A stretch of DNA of 64,000 nucleotides, taken from the NCBI GenBank assembly GCA_041649715.1, contig JBAZMP010000001.1, positions 146,741 to 210,740 of the forward strand, written 5' to 3'. The first letter of the stretch is position 1, and every line of letters starts with the position of its first letter. Origin of the DNA: Patescibacteria group bacterium. Lineage in GTDB: Bacteria > Patescibacteriota > Patescibacteriia > JAXHNJ01. The position numbers and the translations under genes are program-made. Positions 10,393 through 18,477 of this stretch are shown here, in pieces. Below the pieces are notes generated by a model. That model did no database searches and was not told the origin of the DNA. It saw only the letters and a program-made list of their open reading frames with translations.

Positions 10393-10512
10393 TTATTTAT
10401 GAAATTTCTTGGCCTTGGCTTCTAACATAAGCCTTTTTATTTCTAGCCTCTTTTTCGTTTTGTGGGAATGTGATCTTTGCCTTCGGCCCACCGCGTGCGC
10501 TCTTTTTGCCAT
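10393..10512 (-). CDS. 39-aa basic peptide MAKRAHAVGRRQRSHSHKTKKRLEIKRLMLEAKAKKFHK
   Basis: Manual translation (below the ORF-track cutoff); ATG after an AT-rich leader; co-oriented 60 bp upstream of the SET gene. Confidence 0.55.
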   Translation of the reverse strand: MAKRAHAVGRRQRSHSHKTKKRLEIKRLMLEAKAKKFHK

Positions 10513-10620
10513 AAAAAAATCGTTAATAATTATTATAAGCCATTCTAGCTGATTATATCAATAAAATCAATAGCTATGAATATTTATCAAAAACCATTCC
10601 CTTTGAGAATGATCTGCTTG

Positions 10621-10797
10621 AAATCCTAATTTCTAATGTCTAATTTCTAAACAAATTCGAAATTATAAATTCTAAACTTTTTGAAAATTGTCACCCTACG
10701 GGTGATTTCCCGCAGGGAGAGAATTTCGGATTTTGGATTTGCCTTCGTCGCCGCTCAGGCCGGCGGTTTGTGATTTGGTGCTTGGGATTTGGGATTT
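10621..10797. repeat. Heptamer-repeat mini-element (AAATYCY left arm, reverse-complement right arm) with nested palindromes
   Basis: AAATCCT AATTTCT AATGTCT AATTTCT AAAC AAATTCG AAATTAT AAATTCT AAAC ... TTTGTGA TTTGGTG CTTGGGA TTTGGGA TTT; internal TCACCC-TAC-GGGTGA. Confidence 0.75.
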
Positions 10798-10804
10798 AAG
10801 TCGG

Positions 10805-10871
10805 TGGGGTGACTAGAGGTCCCGATACTTGCGTCGCTAACGCTTCCGGGTACGGGGTAAAGATTTGCACC
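10805..10871 (-). repeat. Distal att-like copy of the tRNA-His 3' end, split by a 42-bp palindromic insert
   Basis: TGGGGTGACTAGAGG (10805-10819) plus GATTTGCACC (10862-10871) equals 18478-18502 exactly. Confidence 0.85.
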
Positions 10872-10956
10872 TTTTTAAAAATACGTTTCCGGCGGTGACT
10901 ACCCTTGCTAAAATCACCTTGTTGTGTGATGATAGGCAATTGTTTATAATGTCCTT

Positions 10957-12897
10957 ATGGAATCCGAAAGACTACATCATGAACACGAAAGGGCGGAAAC
11001 CGCTCCTTTTACGCCTCCGGTTGTCGAGTTGTTTTTGGATCCGTCTCGGGCGGGCGAAGTCTGGCCGGAACATATCGCAGAAAATGAGGCTTTTAAGGTC
11101 CAAATAGAGACACGCCGGGAGCTGAACGAAAGGCTTGAGACTATTTTTTCACATCTGCCCCGGCCGGATATCTCGCTTCAAGAGGCGATCAAGCAAGGTG
11201 AGATCACGGAAAGCCAAGTGGCGGATCTCTTTGCTTCATTAAACCCTTTACTTGAAGATAAGGATTATCGACGGATCGCCCTTTACCTTCCTTTTGAATT
11301 TTTCCCCGAAAAAGGGAAACCCTATTCGGAAACGCTTCAGCCGGCCGCGGATCAATTTCAGAAGGCCTATATGTCGGCCTGGAAATCACTCCTTCATACC
11401 CATGATGTGCGCGCCAACTTCGTGGACGGCGATGTTCTTGAAACAGAATCCCGCGTTACCGATCTGCCGCGGGTGGTCAAGGCCGCGCATCTGATACCGA
11501 AACTGGTTAAGCATGGTTTTCTAAAAACGGGAGACGCGATTAAGCTGATGGAAACAAGCGACGATGAAATGCTTGAGGGAAGCATCGCGGACACGCTCCC
11601 TGTTTTAGCGGACATGGGATTTATCGGAGAAGCAGAACTTAAGCGGATGAAAGCCTCTGATGAGGCATCTGCCCGCGATATGGCTGAGCATATTATTGAG
11701 GAGAAAAATAGACCGGAAAAGAAAGAGGCGGAAGGAGTTGAAACGCCGGAAATAAAACTATCATCACTTCAAGGAAGGCTCCGCGATGAATTCGATGACA
11801 TTGAGGCCGAACAATATGACCACGTGACGGAAAAAAGGGCAAACTGGCTGAGACAAGAAAAAAAACGAAAAGCTATTGAATCCGCGGGCGACGCCATCCA
11901 GTCCGCGATTGCCGGCCGGACTGTCTCTTCCGAAACGGTCGCTCAATTTGTTTCTGCCGAAGCAAATGCTACCAGCCAACAAGCGCTGGTTAATGGTCTC
12001 CGAAAAACGATTGAATCCGCGCCGCCGGAAGAAGCGAATAACATTTACAAACAATATCAGGACACTTTATTATCTCTCTGGAAAAATGAGACGCCTGAAC
12101 TTCAGGCCGAGCTGGCAAAAACTTTCTGTCGGCTGAACAAACTTGGCGTGGTGGAGGATGAGCAGCTGGCCGCCCTCGGCCTTAAGATACCCGAACTGGC
12201 CGGCCCGTTCTCAAAAAATTTAGAGACCATGAAAGAAGAAATGCATGAGGTAAGAGATATCGCCGTGGCCATAGAATCAGATCCGGAGCTGTCAAAAAAG
12301 ATTTATCCCGTGGTTTCCGTTTTCGGTTCCCGGCTCAAAGGCTACGGAGACAAGAATGCCGATATTGATGTCGGGGTGTTTGTCCGGCCGGAGACATCGA
12401 TAAGCGAGCGGGAGACTCTTACAGCTTCAATCAAACAACTTTTCACTCATGAAAAGATACAGGGAAAAGTCGTGGAATTCTGGTTGGAAGAAACTAAAGA
12501 TGGTCTCGCTGTCCGTGACTTCGGCAAGCCCGATGTGACGCTAGGCGAAAGTTATTGGACGCATGTCCTCTTTGGCGCCGCGTCAGAAGGGAACAAAAGC
12601 GCGATCCGCGAACTGCGCGAAAAACTTCTTGTTCCCTATATGAATGACCAGAAAAAAGCCATCCATGGCCGAGAGGCGCGGGGACTCTATCTTGAAGAGA
12701 TGGAACGGGATACACTGCAATATCGGCTGATGCACAAGGGTTATGAACAATTCAATCCTTCTTTTGGCGGCATAAAGACACCCCACGCCGATCTGATCGA
12801 TGGCCAAAGCGCTTTCTGGGATTCAGGCTACCGTCAGACCGCCACCAAATTGTTCGCCAGCCGGGTTTTTATCCCGAAGATTTCTCATACAAAATAA
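10957..12897 (+). CDS. Large helical protein with C-terminal Pol-beta-superfamily nucleotidyltransferase domain
   Basis: VSVFGSRLKGYGDKNADIDVGVFV (hG[GS]x..DxD) near residue 455. Confidence 0.75.
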   Translation: MESERLHHEHERAETAPFTPPVVELFLDPSRAGEVWPEHIAENEAFKVQIETRRELNERLETIFSHLPRPDISLQEAIKQGEITESQVADLFASLNPLLEDKDYRRIALYLPFEFFPEKGKPYSETLQPAADQFQKAYMSAWKSLLHTHDVRANFVDGDVLETESRVTDLPRVVKAAHLIPKLVKHGFLKTGDAIKLMETSDDEMLEGSIADTLPVLADMGFIGEAELKRMKASDEASARDMAEHIIEEKNRPEKKEAEGVETPEIKLSSLQGRLRDEFDDIEAEQYDHVTEKRANWLRQEKKRKAIESAGDAIQSAIAGRTVSSETVAQFVSAEANATSQQALVNGLRKTIESAPPEEANNIYKQYQDTLLSLWKNETPELQAELAKTFCRLNKLGVVEDEQLAALGLKIPELAGPFSKNLETMKEEMHEVRDIAVAIESDPELSKKIYPVVSVFGSRLKGYGDKNADIDVGVFVRPETSISERETLTASIKQLFTHEKIQGKVVEFWLEETKDGLAVRDFGKPDVTLGESYWTHVLFGAASEGNKSAIRELREKLLVPYMNDQKKAIHGREARGLYLEEMERDTLQYRLMHKGYEQFNPSFGGIKTPHADLIDGQSAFWDSGYRQTATKLFASRVFIPKISHTK

Positions 12898-12948
12898 AAA
12901 AATACATTAAAGTATGCCCTTTCGTTAAAGCGGGTATCTTTTGCGTAT

Positions 12949-12982
12949 AAAAAAAGGGGCCAGACAACAGAGTGTCTGGCCC
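12949..12982 (-). terminator. Intrinsic terminator of the island operon
   Basis: GGGCCAGACA/TGTCTGGCCC 10-bp stem followed by a T-run on the minus strand. Confidence 0.8.
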
Positions 12983-13014
12983 GGCCCACAAAGTGGGGAA
13001 AGAACGTGAATTGA

Positions 13015-14220
13015 TCAGAGTTTGCGGCCGCCGATACCGGAGAGCCGACCGCCACGGGTTCCGCCAAGCGAATCCCAGGGAATCTGGGACCCGAGCATGA
13101 ACAGCGTACCGAAGTACTGCAGCTCTTCGTTGCCGGCCGGCTGGTCCTTCACCTGCATGACCGCCAGTACGAACCGGGTGAGGTTCGTTTCCAGCCGCGG
13201 GTAGGTGGCGGAAACCGCCACGTTCAGCTGCCGGAGCATCTGGTCGCGGTTAGCTGCCCCGATCAAGGACGGCAGACGGGGATTCTCCAGCGTCTCCTTG
13301 ATCTTGGTCGCGTCGTAGGCGACGGCGGCCGTGATCTGGACTCCGGTTCCTGCGAATACGCGGTTGACGGCGTCGGCCACGGCGTCGGCGTGATCGCGAA
13401 GCACGCCGGTGTCCGGAGGCTGCATCATACCCGGAGGCATGACGCCGGCGCTGCCGGAAGCCGCCATGATCGCACTCATCATCATCGCCGGATTGGCCGC
13501 CCCCTGCATCCAGGCTTCCTGCCAGGACTTGAGCTGGTCGTAGAAGCTGATGATCGCCGGCCACAGGTGCTCGTCGATTCGCGCGAAGAGCTTTTCCTTG
13601 CGCCCCTCGGTGACATACGAGCCGTCGAAACCAGGGATGGCTTCGAAGATCTCGGCGTAGGAACGCCTGGTCATTTGTTTCCGGAGTTTGAAGAACTCCT
13701 GATCGACTTGTTCGTCGTTCTCATCCGCGAACTTCTCCATCAGTTTCACGAGACCCTCCGGAATACTGAAGAGGCCGGCCCGGTGCGCGAGGGCCGCCCG
13801 GATCGCGGAAATGACGGTCGACTGCTCGACCTTGAGCACGCCGCCTGCCCGAAGCGCTTCCAGCCAGGAGGCGTCACTCGGGACCGACGGAAGGATGTCG
13901 AACGACATGGGGCTCATGGCGCTGGCCGCCGCCGCGGGTTCGGCCGGAGCGAGTGCCTTCAGCAGGTTTCTGGCCGGTATCTTCTTCATTCCGATGCCGA
14001 CCAGGTCTCCTTCGGTGAGGCCGGACAGATCGGCGAGCGTCTCGGCGCCGATTTCCGACTTGATCTTGGTGATCATCTCGTCGTTGACGCCCAGCTCGGC
14101 CAGCTTTGCCCCCACGGGATCAACCGTGGTGGCTGGACCTGTGTCGGCGGCCGCCGAGGCCGAAGCTTCGGCCGTTCCATCGACTGCGGGATCTTTCTTG
14201 TCCTTGTCGTCTCCGTTCAT
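13015..14220 (-). CDS. Protein with N-terminal SAM-like domain and unknown helical C-terminal domain
   Basis: V...LAELGV...ITKI..EIGAETLADLSGLTEGDLVGIGMKKIPARNLLKAL fits the sterile-alpha-motif pattern; SD GAAAGGAG. Confidence 0.65.
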   Translation of the reverse strand: MNGDDKDKKDPAVDGTAEASASAAADTGPATTVDPVGAKLAELGVNDEMITKIKSEIGAETLADLSGLTEGDLVGIGMKKIPARNLLKALAPAEPAAAASAMSPMSFDILPSVPSDASWLEALRAGGVLKVEQSTVISAIRAALAHRAGLFSIPEGLVKLMEKFADENDEQVDQEFFKLRKQMTRRSYAEIFEAIPGFDGSYVTEGRKEKLFARIDEHLWPAIISFYDQLKSWQEAWMQGAANPAMMMSAIMAASGSAGVMPPGMMQPPDTGVLRDHADAVADAVNRVFAGTGVQITAAVAYDATKIKETLENPRLPSLIGAANRDQMLRQLNVAVSATYPRLETNLTRFVLAVMQVKDQPAGNEELQYFGTLFMLGSQIPWDSLGGTRGGRLSGIGGRKL

Positions 14221-14236
14221 CGATATCTCCTTTCAA

Positions 14237-15622
14237 CTACTGGAAGAGTTTGTCTCGCTCGGTCGGTCCGAACGAGACCAGGCGAACCGGAACTCCAACT
14301 CTCTCATTCAGAACGCCGGCACAAAGCGCGAATAAGTCTTCTCGCTTGGCGCCGGGTGAAAGGCCGTAGGTTGTAATCTCGGGCGTGCAGACTTGAAGTT
14401 GCTCCCCGAGGGCTTCTTGATAGGCAAGTTGTTTTGCATCGTCTCCGTATCGGACTATCAGGTTGCCAGAGGGTGAAAAGAAAGTCCGATCATCAACGTT
14501 GCGGTAACGATCGCACAGGAGCCAGGCGCCGTTGGTCTGAATTTGGTCAAACCACGTGATCGCTAGGCCATTAAACGCGGTCGGACCGCCGCAGACTTCG
14601 ATTGCATAACGAAGCAATGTCAGGTCAAGCGGACCGACACGCACTTTTCCCTGGTAGCGGTTTTTCTCCTTGTGACTGCCAGGGAGAAGATTTTCAGCCA
14701 TGGCCGGATCGAAGGTTGGCATCGGGCCGGCTCCATGACGGATCTGATAGGCTCGGGTTACCCCGAGGTTGATGACTGTTCCGCTGTAGCCGGCGTCTTT
14801 CAGCATCGCCTGCGTAAAACGCGGCAATATCCGAATGGCGCTGGTATGCGGATGGAAACCGTGGAAGCAATCGTTGAGTACTCCATGCGAGCTTTCCACA
14901 ATAACCACGCCGTCTCGGGAAAGAATTTCTCTTCCCAAGAATTCGTGGTCAACGATGGTCAGCCGTCGATTGGCTTCTTGAAGTCGCCTTAAGACGTAGT
15001 TAAGGAAATCGTCGTCGTGCAGACGTTCGATTTCTTTGGCCGCCGTCTCGCGATCCTCCGGGAGAAATTCTCCGGGAAAGACCGTGGCGAGATCTTGAAG
15101 TATCTGTTCTCGAATGGCAACCAGTTTCTCGCGCAGATCGGGCCGCTTCAGATCGCGAACGAAAAGCGCAAGTTGAGGAAATCGTTGGGCCCCACGATAA
15201 GCTTCGCCAACGCCGGTGCCGATCGTACCCCGAGGATTGTTTCTTCTCGCCATTTCTTTCAGGCGCGAAGCGATTCCGTGATACGGCGTGGCACACAGTG
15301 CTTCTTCATCCACGGTTAATAGACTAAAGGGGTCGTGAATGCCGCCGGTGTAACGGAGAGCGTCGGCTTCGTTGAGCAAGCCTTCCGGTGAAACCACCAT
15401 CCGGGACGAAATATGCGTCTTCGTCCCTTCAAATGTGCCACACCCCCACTGGCTGAACGCGAAGCGTTCGCCTCTGGAAGTTGCGACTCCGTGGCTGCCC
15501 TGGGCGCCGCCGACTTTAACGATCGTGTGCGGCTTCATCCTTGTCGAGATAGCGTGTACCACGCCACCTTTACCACCATCACCCGGACCGAGATCGGTGA
15601 CGGTGTAGACTTTTTTGGTCAT
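14237..15622 (-). CDS. Divergent adenylosuccinate synthetase (PurA)-like enzyme
   Basis: DLGPGDGGKG, GGAQGSH, GTIGTGVGEA, ESSHG, IRHGAGPMPT, TWFD; start ATG 15622 after AAAGGTGA. Confidence 0.88.
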   Translation of the reverse strand: MTKKVYTVTDLGPGDGGKGGVVHAISTRMKPHTIVKVGGAQGSHGVATSRGERFAFSQWGCGTFEGTKTHISSRMVVSPEGLLNEADALRYTGGIHDPFSLLTVDEEALCATPYHGIASRLKEMARRNNPRGTIGTGVGEAYRGAQRFPQLALFVRDLKRPDLREKLVAIREQILQDLATVFPGEFLPEDRETAAKEIERLHDDDFLNYVLRRLQEANRRLTIVDHEFLGREILSRDGVVIVESSHGVLNDCFHGFHPHTSAIRILPRFTQAMLKDAGYSGTVINLGVTRAYQIRHGAGPMPTFDPAMAENLLPGSHKEKNRYQGKVRVGPLDLTLLRYAIEVCGGPTAFNGLAITWFDQIQTNGAWLLCDRYRNVDDRTFFSPSGNLIVRYGDDAKQLAYQEALGEQLQVCTPEITTYGLSPGAKREDLFALCAGVLNERVGVPVRLVSFGPTERDKLFQ

Positions 15623-15665
15623 AGTCACCTTTTTCGGTTTTAGGGTGATAGGCGGAAAAAACGGC

Positions 15666-16784
15666 TTAGAGCCATTCTCCCGTTTTCTCTTCGGGATTGT
15701 CTCCCGCGGGCTTTTCTTTTCCGATCTCTTTCGGATCGACCGGCCAGAGGTCGGTCTTTTCCCGGAAGAGGTCGCCTTTGACGGGACGCTTGGAAAAGTT
15801 CGGCAGCGCCGCCTGGGCCCCGATGGGGATGTTGGCGACGGAGCGAGCGATTTTCGCGACGTCATCCTTGTCGACGTTGTGCTCTTTGAGGAAGGCGGCT
15901 ACCTCTTTGAGGCTCAGCGTTCCTTCCGTCAGCCCGATGATCGTCGCCTGCACCTGCGGCAAAAGCTCGGTGCTGGGCAGGACGACCACGCGCTCACGGC
16001 CGAAAATCTTGGTCCAGTATTGGGTGGTGCGAGATCGTTCTTCCACCTGAAGGAAAAAGGCATGCGCCCGAGTCAGGAGATCTTGTACCATCTCTTTCGT
16101 TGTCGGGAGAGACCTGATATCGAGCTGATAGCTGTTTTCCTTCACCTTTTCGAAGACTTCGTCCCCGAAAATCCGGCGGAGCTGGCGTTCATCGAGCCCA
16201 TCGTGCGCCGTGGCGTCCGAGACCGTGAAATCATAGCCTTTCAGTCCGAGGGCGCAGATGTGCGCCGCGGTCAGATAAGCGGCGCCGAAAAGTCCGTAGT
16301 GCGGATCTTCCGGTTCGTCGCCGCCGTCCCGTTCCGGCACCATCAGGGTGAGCTGTTCGACGATTTTCTCGGCGACCATCTCAAACTGCGGCCGGCAGAG
16401 CACGAATAGGTCGGTGACGTCGGCGAAGATCCCGGTGGCGATCTGAAGATCGTAGCCGGGCAAAACAAGGCTGCTTAGCTCGTGGGCTTTGGGCAGGACA
16501 CGGAGGGCGATATCTACGTTGTTACCCATGCTGCCCGTGGTGTCGACCCGGGTTTCGATAGGTATTGGCGTGCCGACTGTCAGTTCCCAAAGGCCATCCT
16601 CTCGTTTCTCAAGCCGGGGCAGGGATCGGCGGATGACGCCGAATCCTTTGGGATCGACGAGCGGATTAAGCTCGCCGGTCTCCCGCGCTTTCTGCTCGGC
16701 CCGAGCGGTGGCCGGACCTTTTTCCGGCGCGAAATGCCGAACCGATTTTGCAAAAGCATCTCGTGAAAAAGTGTCATGTCCCAT
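15666..16784 (-). CDS. vWA (MIDAS) domain protein
   Basis: RVDTTGSMG (DxTxS), GGDEPED, FTVSDA; SD GAAAGGAG. Confidence 0.8.
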   Translation of the reverse strand: MGHDTFSRDAFAKSVRHFAPEKGPATARAEQKARETGELNPLVDPKGFGVIRRSLPRLEKREDGLWELTVGTPIPIETRVDTTGSMGNNVDIALRVLPKAHELSSLVLPGYDLQIATGIFADVTDLFVLCRPQFEMVAEKIVEQLTLMVPERDGGDEPEDPHYGLFGAAYLTAAHICALGLKGYDFTVSDATAHDGLDERQLRRIFGDEVFEKVKENSYQLDIRSLPTTKEMVQDLLTRAHAFFLQVEERSRTTQYWTKIFGRERVVVLPSTELLPQVQATIIGLTEGTLSLKEVAAFLKEHNVDKDDVAKIARSVANIPIGAQAALPNFSKRPVKGDLFREKTDLWPVDPKEIGKEKPAGDNPEEKTGEWL

Positions 16785-16802
16785 GCAACGCTCCTTTCTC
16801 GT

Positions 16803-17615
16803 TTAGGAATTCAACGGAAACGACGTGAACGGGTAAAACTCCCGCCGCCAGAGCCCGTCGATGAGCTCGTAGAATTTAGCGTGAGCCCGTTTTGCTTCGC
16901 GCAGATTTTCGTCCGCCAGATCCAGAAGAAAAGCGGTATATTCATTATTGTCCGGGAAAAGTCTTCTTTCGAGATCACCTCCTAGCAACGTAATAATCGC
17001 TTTCGCGACCTGCGAAATTTCGGTACCGGCTATCTCGGCCGGCACGTTTTCCGGATACAGGTGCGCTTTCGACCAGTCGTAGAACACCACGTAGTGTTGG
17101 TCCGGCTCGATCAGAATATTCGCGTCATCCAGGCGCCCGACGGCGATCCCCTGGCTGTGCGCGAACACCAGGAGTTTCAAACTCTTTCCCAGTATCCACG
17201 CGCTGGTCCGCAAGTCTACTCGGCGCCGATCGCGAACCGTGATGTTGCGTAACGGCACCATCTTGGTTACATCCTCGATTTTTCTGAAGGCGAGGATGTT
17301 GATCCAGCGCCCGCCCTGCGGCTGGCATGAGAAACTGTCTACCAGCTCAGGGAATCCCAGGCCATAATTCAGAAGAACTTTCGGATCCGTCCGCACTTTT
17401 TCATACTCCGCTTCAAGCTCATCCGCCAGGCGTTTAAGCTCTTGCAGAAGGTATGAAGAGCGGCTTAGCGGGCCGTTTTGGCTCGTTTCAGCCGCGATTT
17501 GGAGCAGGCACCGGCGTCCCGTCTTTTCCTGTTTGCACAGGTAGAGTCGGTACTCGCCGGCATCCGCCACTTGGTCGCCAACGACATAGTTGTCTAACAT
17601 TCCTTCAACAATCAT
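16803..17615 (-). CDS. Protein-kinase-fold protein, probable pseudokinase
   Basis: AHSQGIAVGRLDDANILIEP...VVFYDWS maps onto H.xGIxHRDLKPxNIL...DFG; SD AAGGGGG. Confidence 0.72.
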   Translation of the reverse strand: MIVEGMLDNYVVGDQVADAGEYRLYLCKQEKTGRRCLLQIAAETSQNGPLSRSSYLLQELKRLADELEAEYEKVRTDPKVLLNYGLGFPELVDSFSCQPQGGRWINILAFRKIEDVTKMVPLRNITVRDRRRVDLRTSAWILGKSLKLLVFAHSQGIAVGRLDDANILIEPDQHYVVFYDWSKAHLYPENVPAEIAGTEISQVAKAIITLLGGDLERRLFPDNNEYTAFLLDLADENLREAKRAHAKFYELIDGLWRREFYPFTSFPLNS

Positions 17616-17727
17616 AGATTATCCCCCTTTCAACGGGTTGGTGGCAAAACCGAAATAAATAAAACTACTAATCAATTTGTCAAAGTACCTCCTTTTATCC
17701 CCAAATTATGGATTAAGGAGATGAATC

Positions 17728-17755
17728 AATGTAACATATTTATGAAAAATGTCAA
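17728..17755 (-). promoter_or_regulatory. Putative sigma70 promoter of the island operon
   Basis: Minus strand TTGACA-N16-TACATT with TG extension. Confidence 0.55.
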
Positions 17756-17961
17756 GGGTTTCTAAGATTACATAAAAATAACATCAAAAACACAAAAACT
17801 CGTTCTTTAGAACATGCTTATGTGTTTGGGGTTCCGACCGTACGCTTTTTTTAACTAATTTTATGGCGGTAATAAGGGATAAACAGTATTTTCGGGTAGC
17901 CATTAAACATCTACAGATGATACAGGCGTGTTACTGGTGGGCCGCGGCTGGAAGTCTGTTT

Positions 17962-18414
17962 TTAATAATTATTTGTCTGCGATTTGAAAGAATGGGTGCG
18001 GATATTTACAATTATTTGAATGATAAATAGGGCAAGTATAATAATTCCTCCTGTTTGAAAATAGTATTTCCAGACCATAACCACAAAACCATAATTCATG
18101 GCATAGTATAGGGCCAAATAGGGTATGGCCGGCCGCCAATACTTTTTCATATTCTCACGGAAAGGAATCTTTAAAATATAGTCGTACAAAAATTCCAGAA
18201 TTAAGAAGGCTAAAAATATCCCCAAGAATATACTGTAGCGAACCGTTTTTTGTTCCTGGTGCACTAAAAAAATTCCATAAACAGCCGGAATTGCCAAAAG
18301 AAAATAAAACTTGCCCACTCGTTGCAAAATGGACATTTTTTTCCGGATTAAAAAAATGTAAATTAAGAATAGATTATTTAGAATTCCGAGCCCGAAAAAT
18401 AATTTTTCTAACAT
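17962..18414 (-). CDS. Hypothetical multi-pass membrane protein
   Basis: About five hydrophobic helices; AT-rich. Confidence 0.75.
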   Translation of the reverse strand: MLEKLFFGLGILNNLFLIYIFLIRKKMSILQRVGKFYFLLAIPAVYGIFLVHQEQKTVRYSIFLGIFLAFLILEFLYDYILKIPFRENMKKYWRPAIPYLALYYAMNYGFVVMVWKYYFQTGGIIILALFIIQIIVNIRTHSFKSQTNNY

Positions 18415-18477
18415 AAATTATAGTTTAATCTTAATACAAGTATACCAAAAACCATTCCTTATGGGAATGATTTCTGA

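Noticed and set aside
14237-15622. PurZ (Z-genome) assignment or housekeeping purA
   Set aside because: The Asp13 equivalent is retained (GDGGKG), unlike PurZ, and there are no datZ/mazZ or phage genes. The Asp-binding loop is missing, unlike PurA, so no gene symbol was given.
15623-15865. 81-aa N-terminal extension of the PurA-like ORF in the ORF track
   Set aside because: It overlaps the vWA gene. Homology and the SD point to ATG 15622.
13390-16409. Long plus-strand ORFs (13390-14376, 15615-16409 and others)
   Set aside because: These are antisense shadows of GC-rich minus-strand genes, with no motifs or SD.
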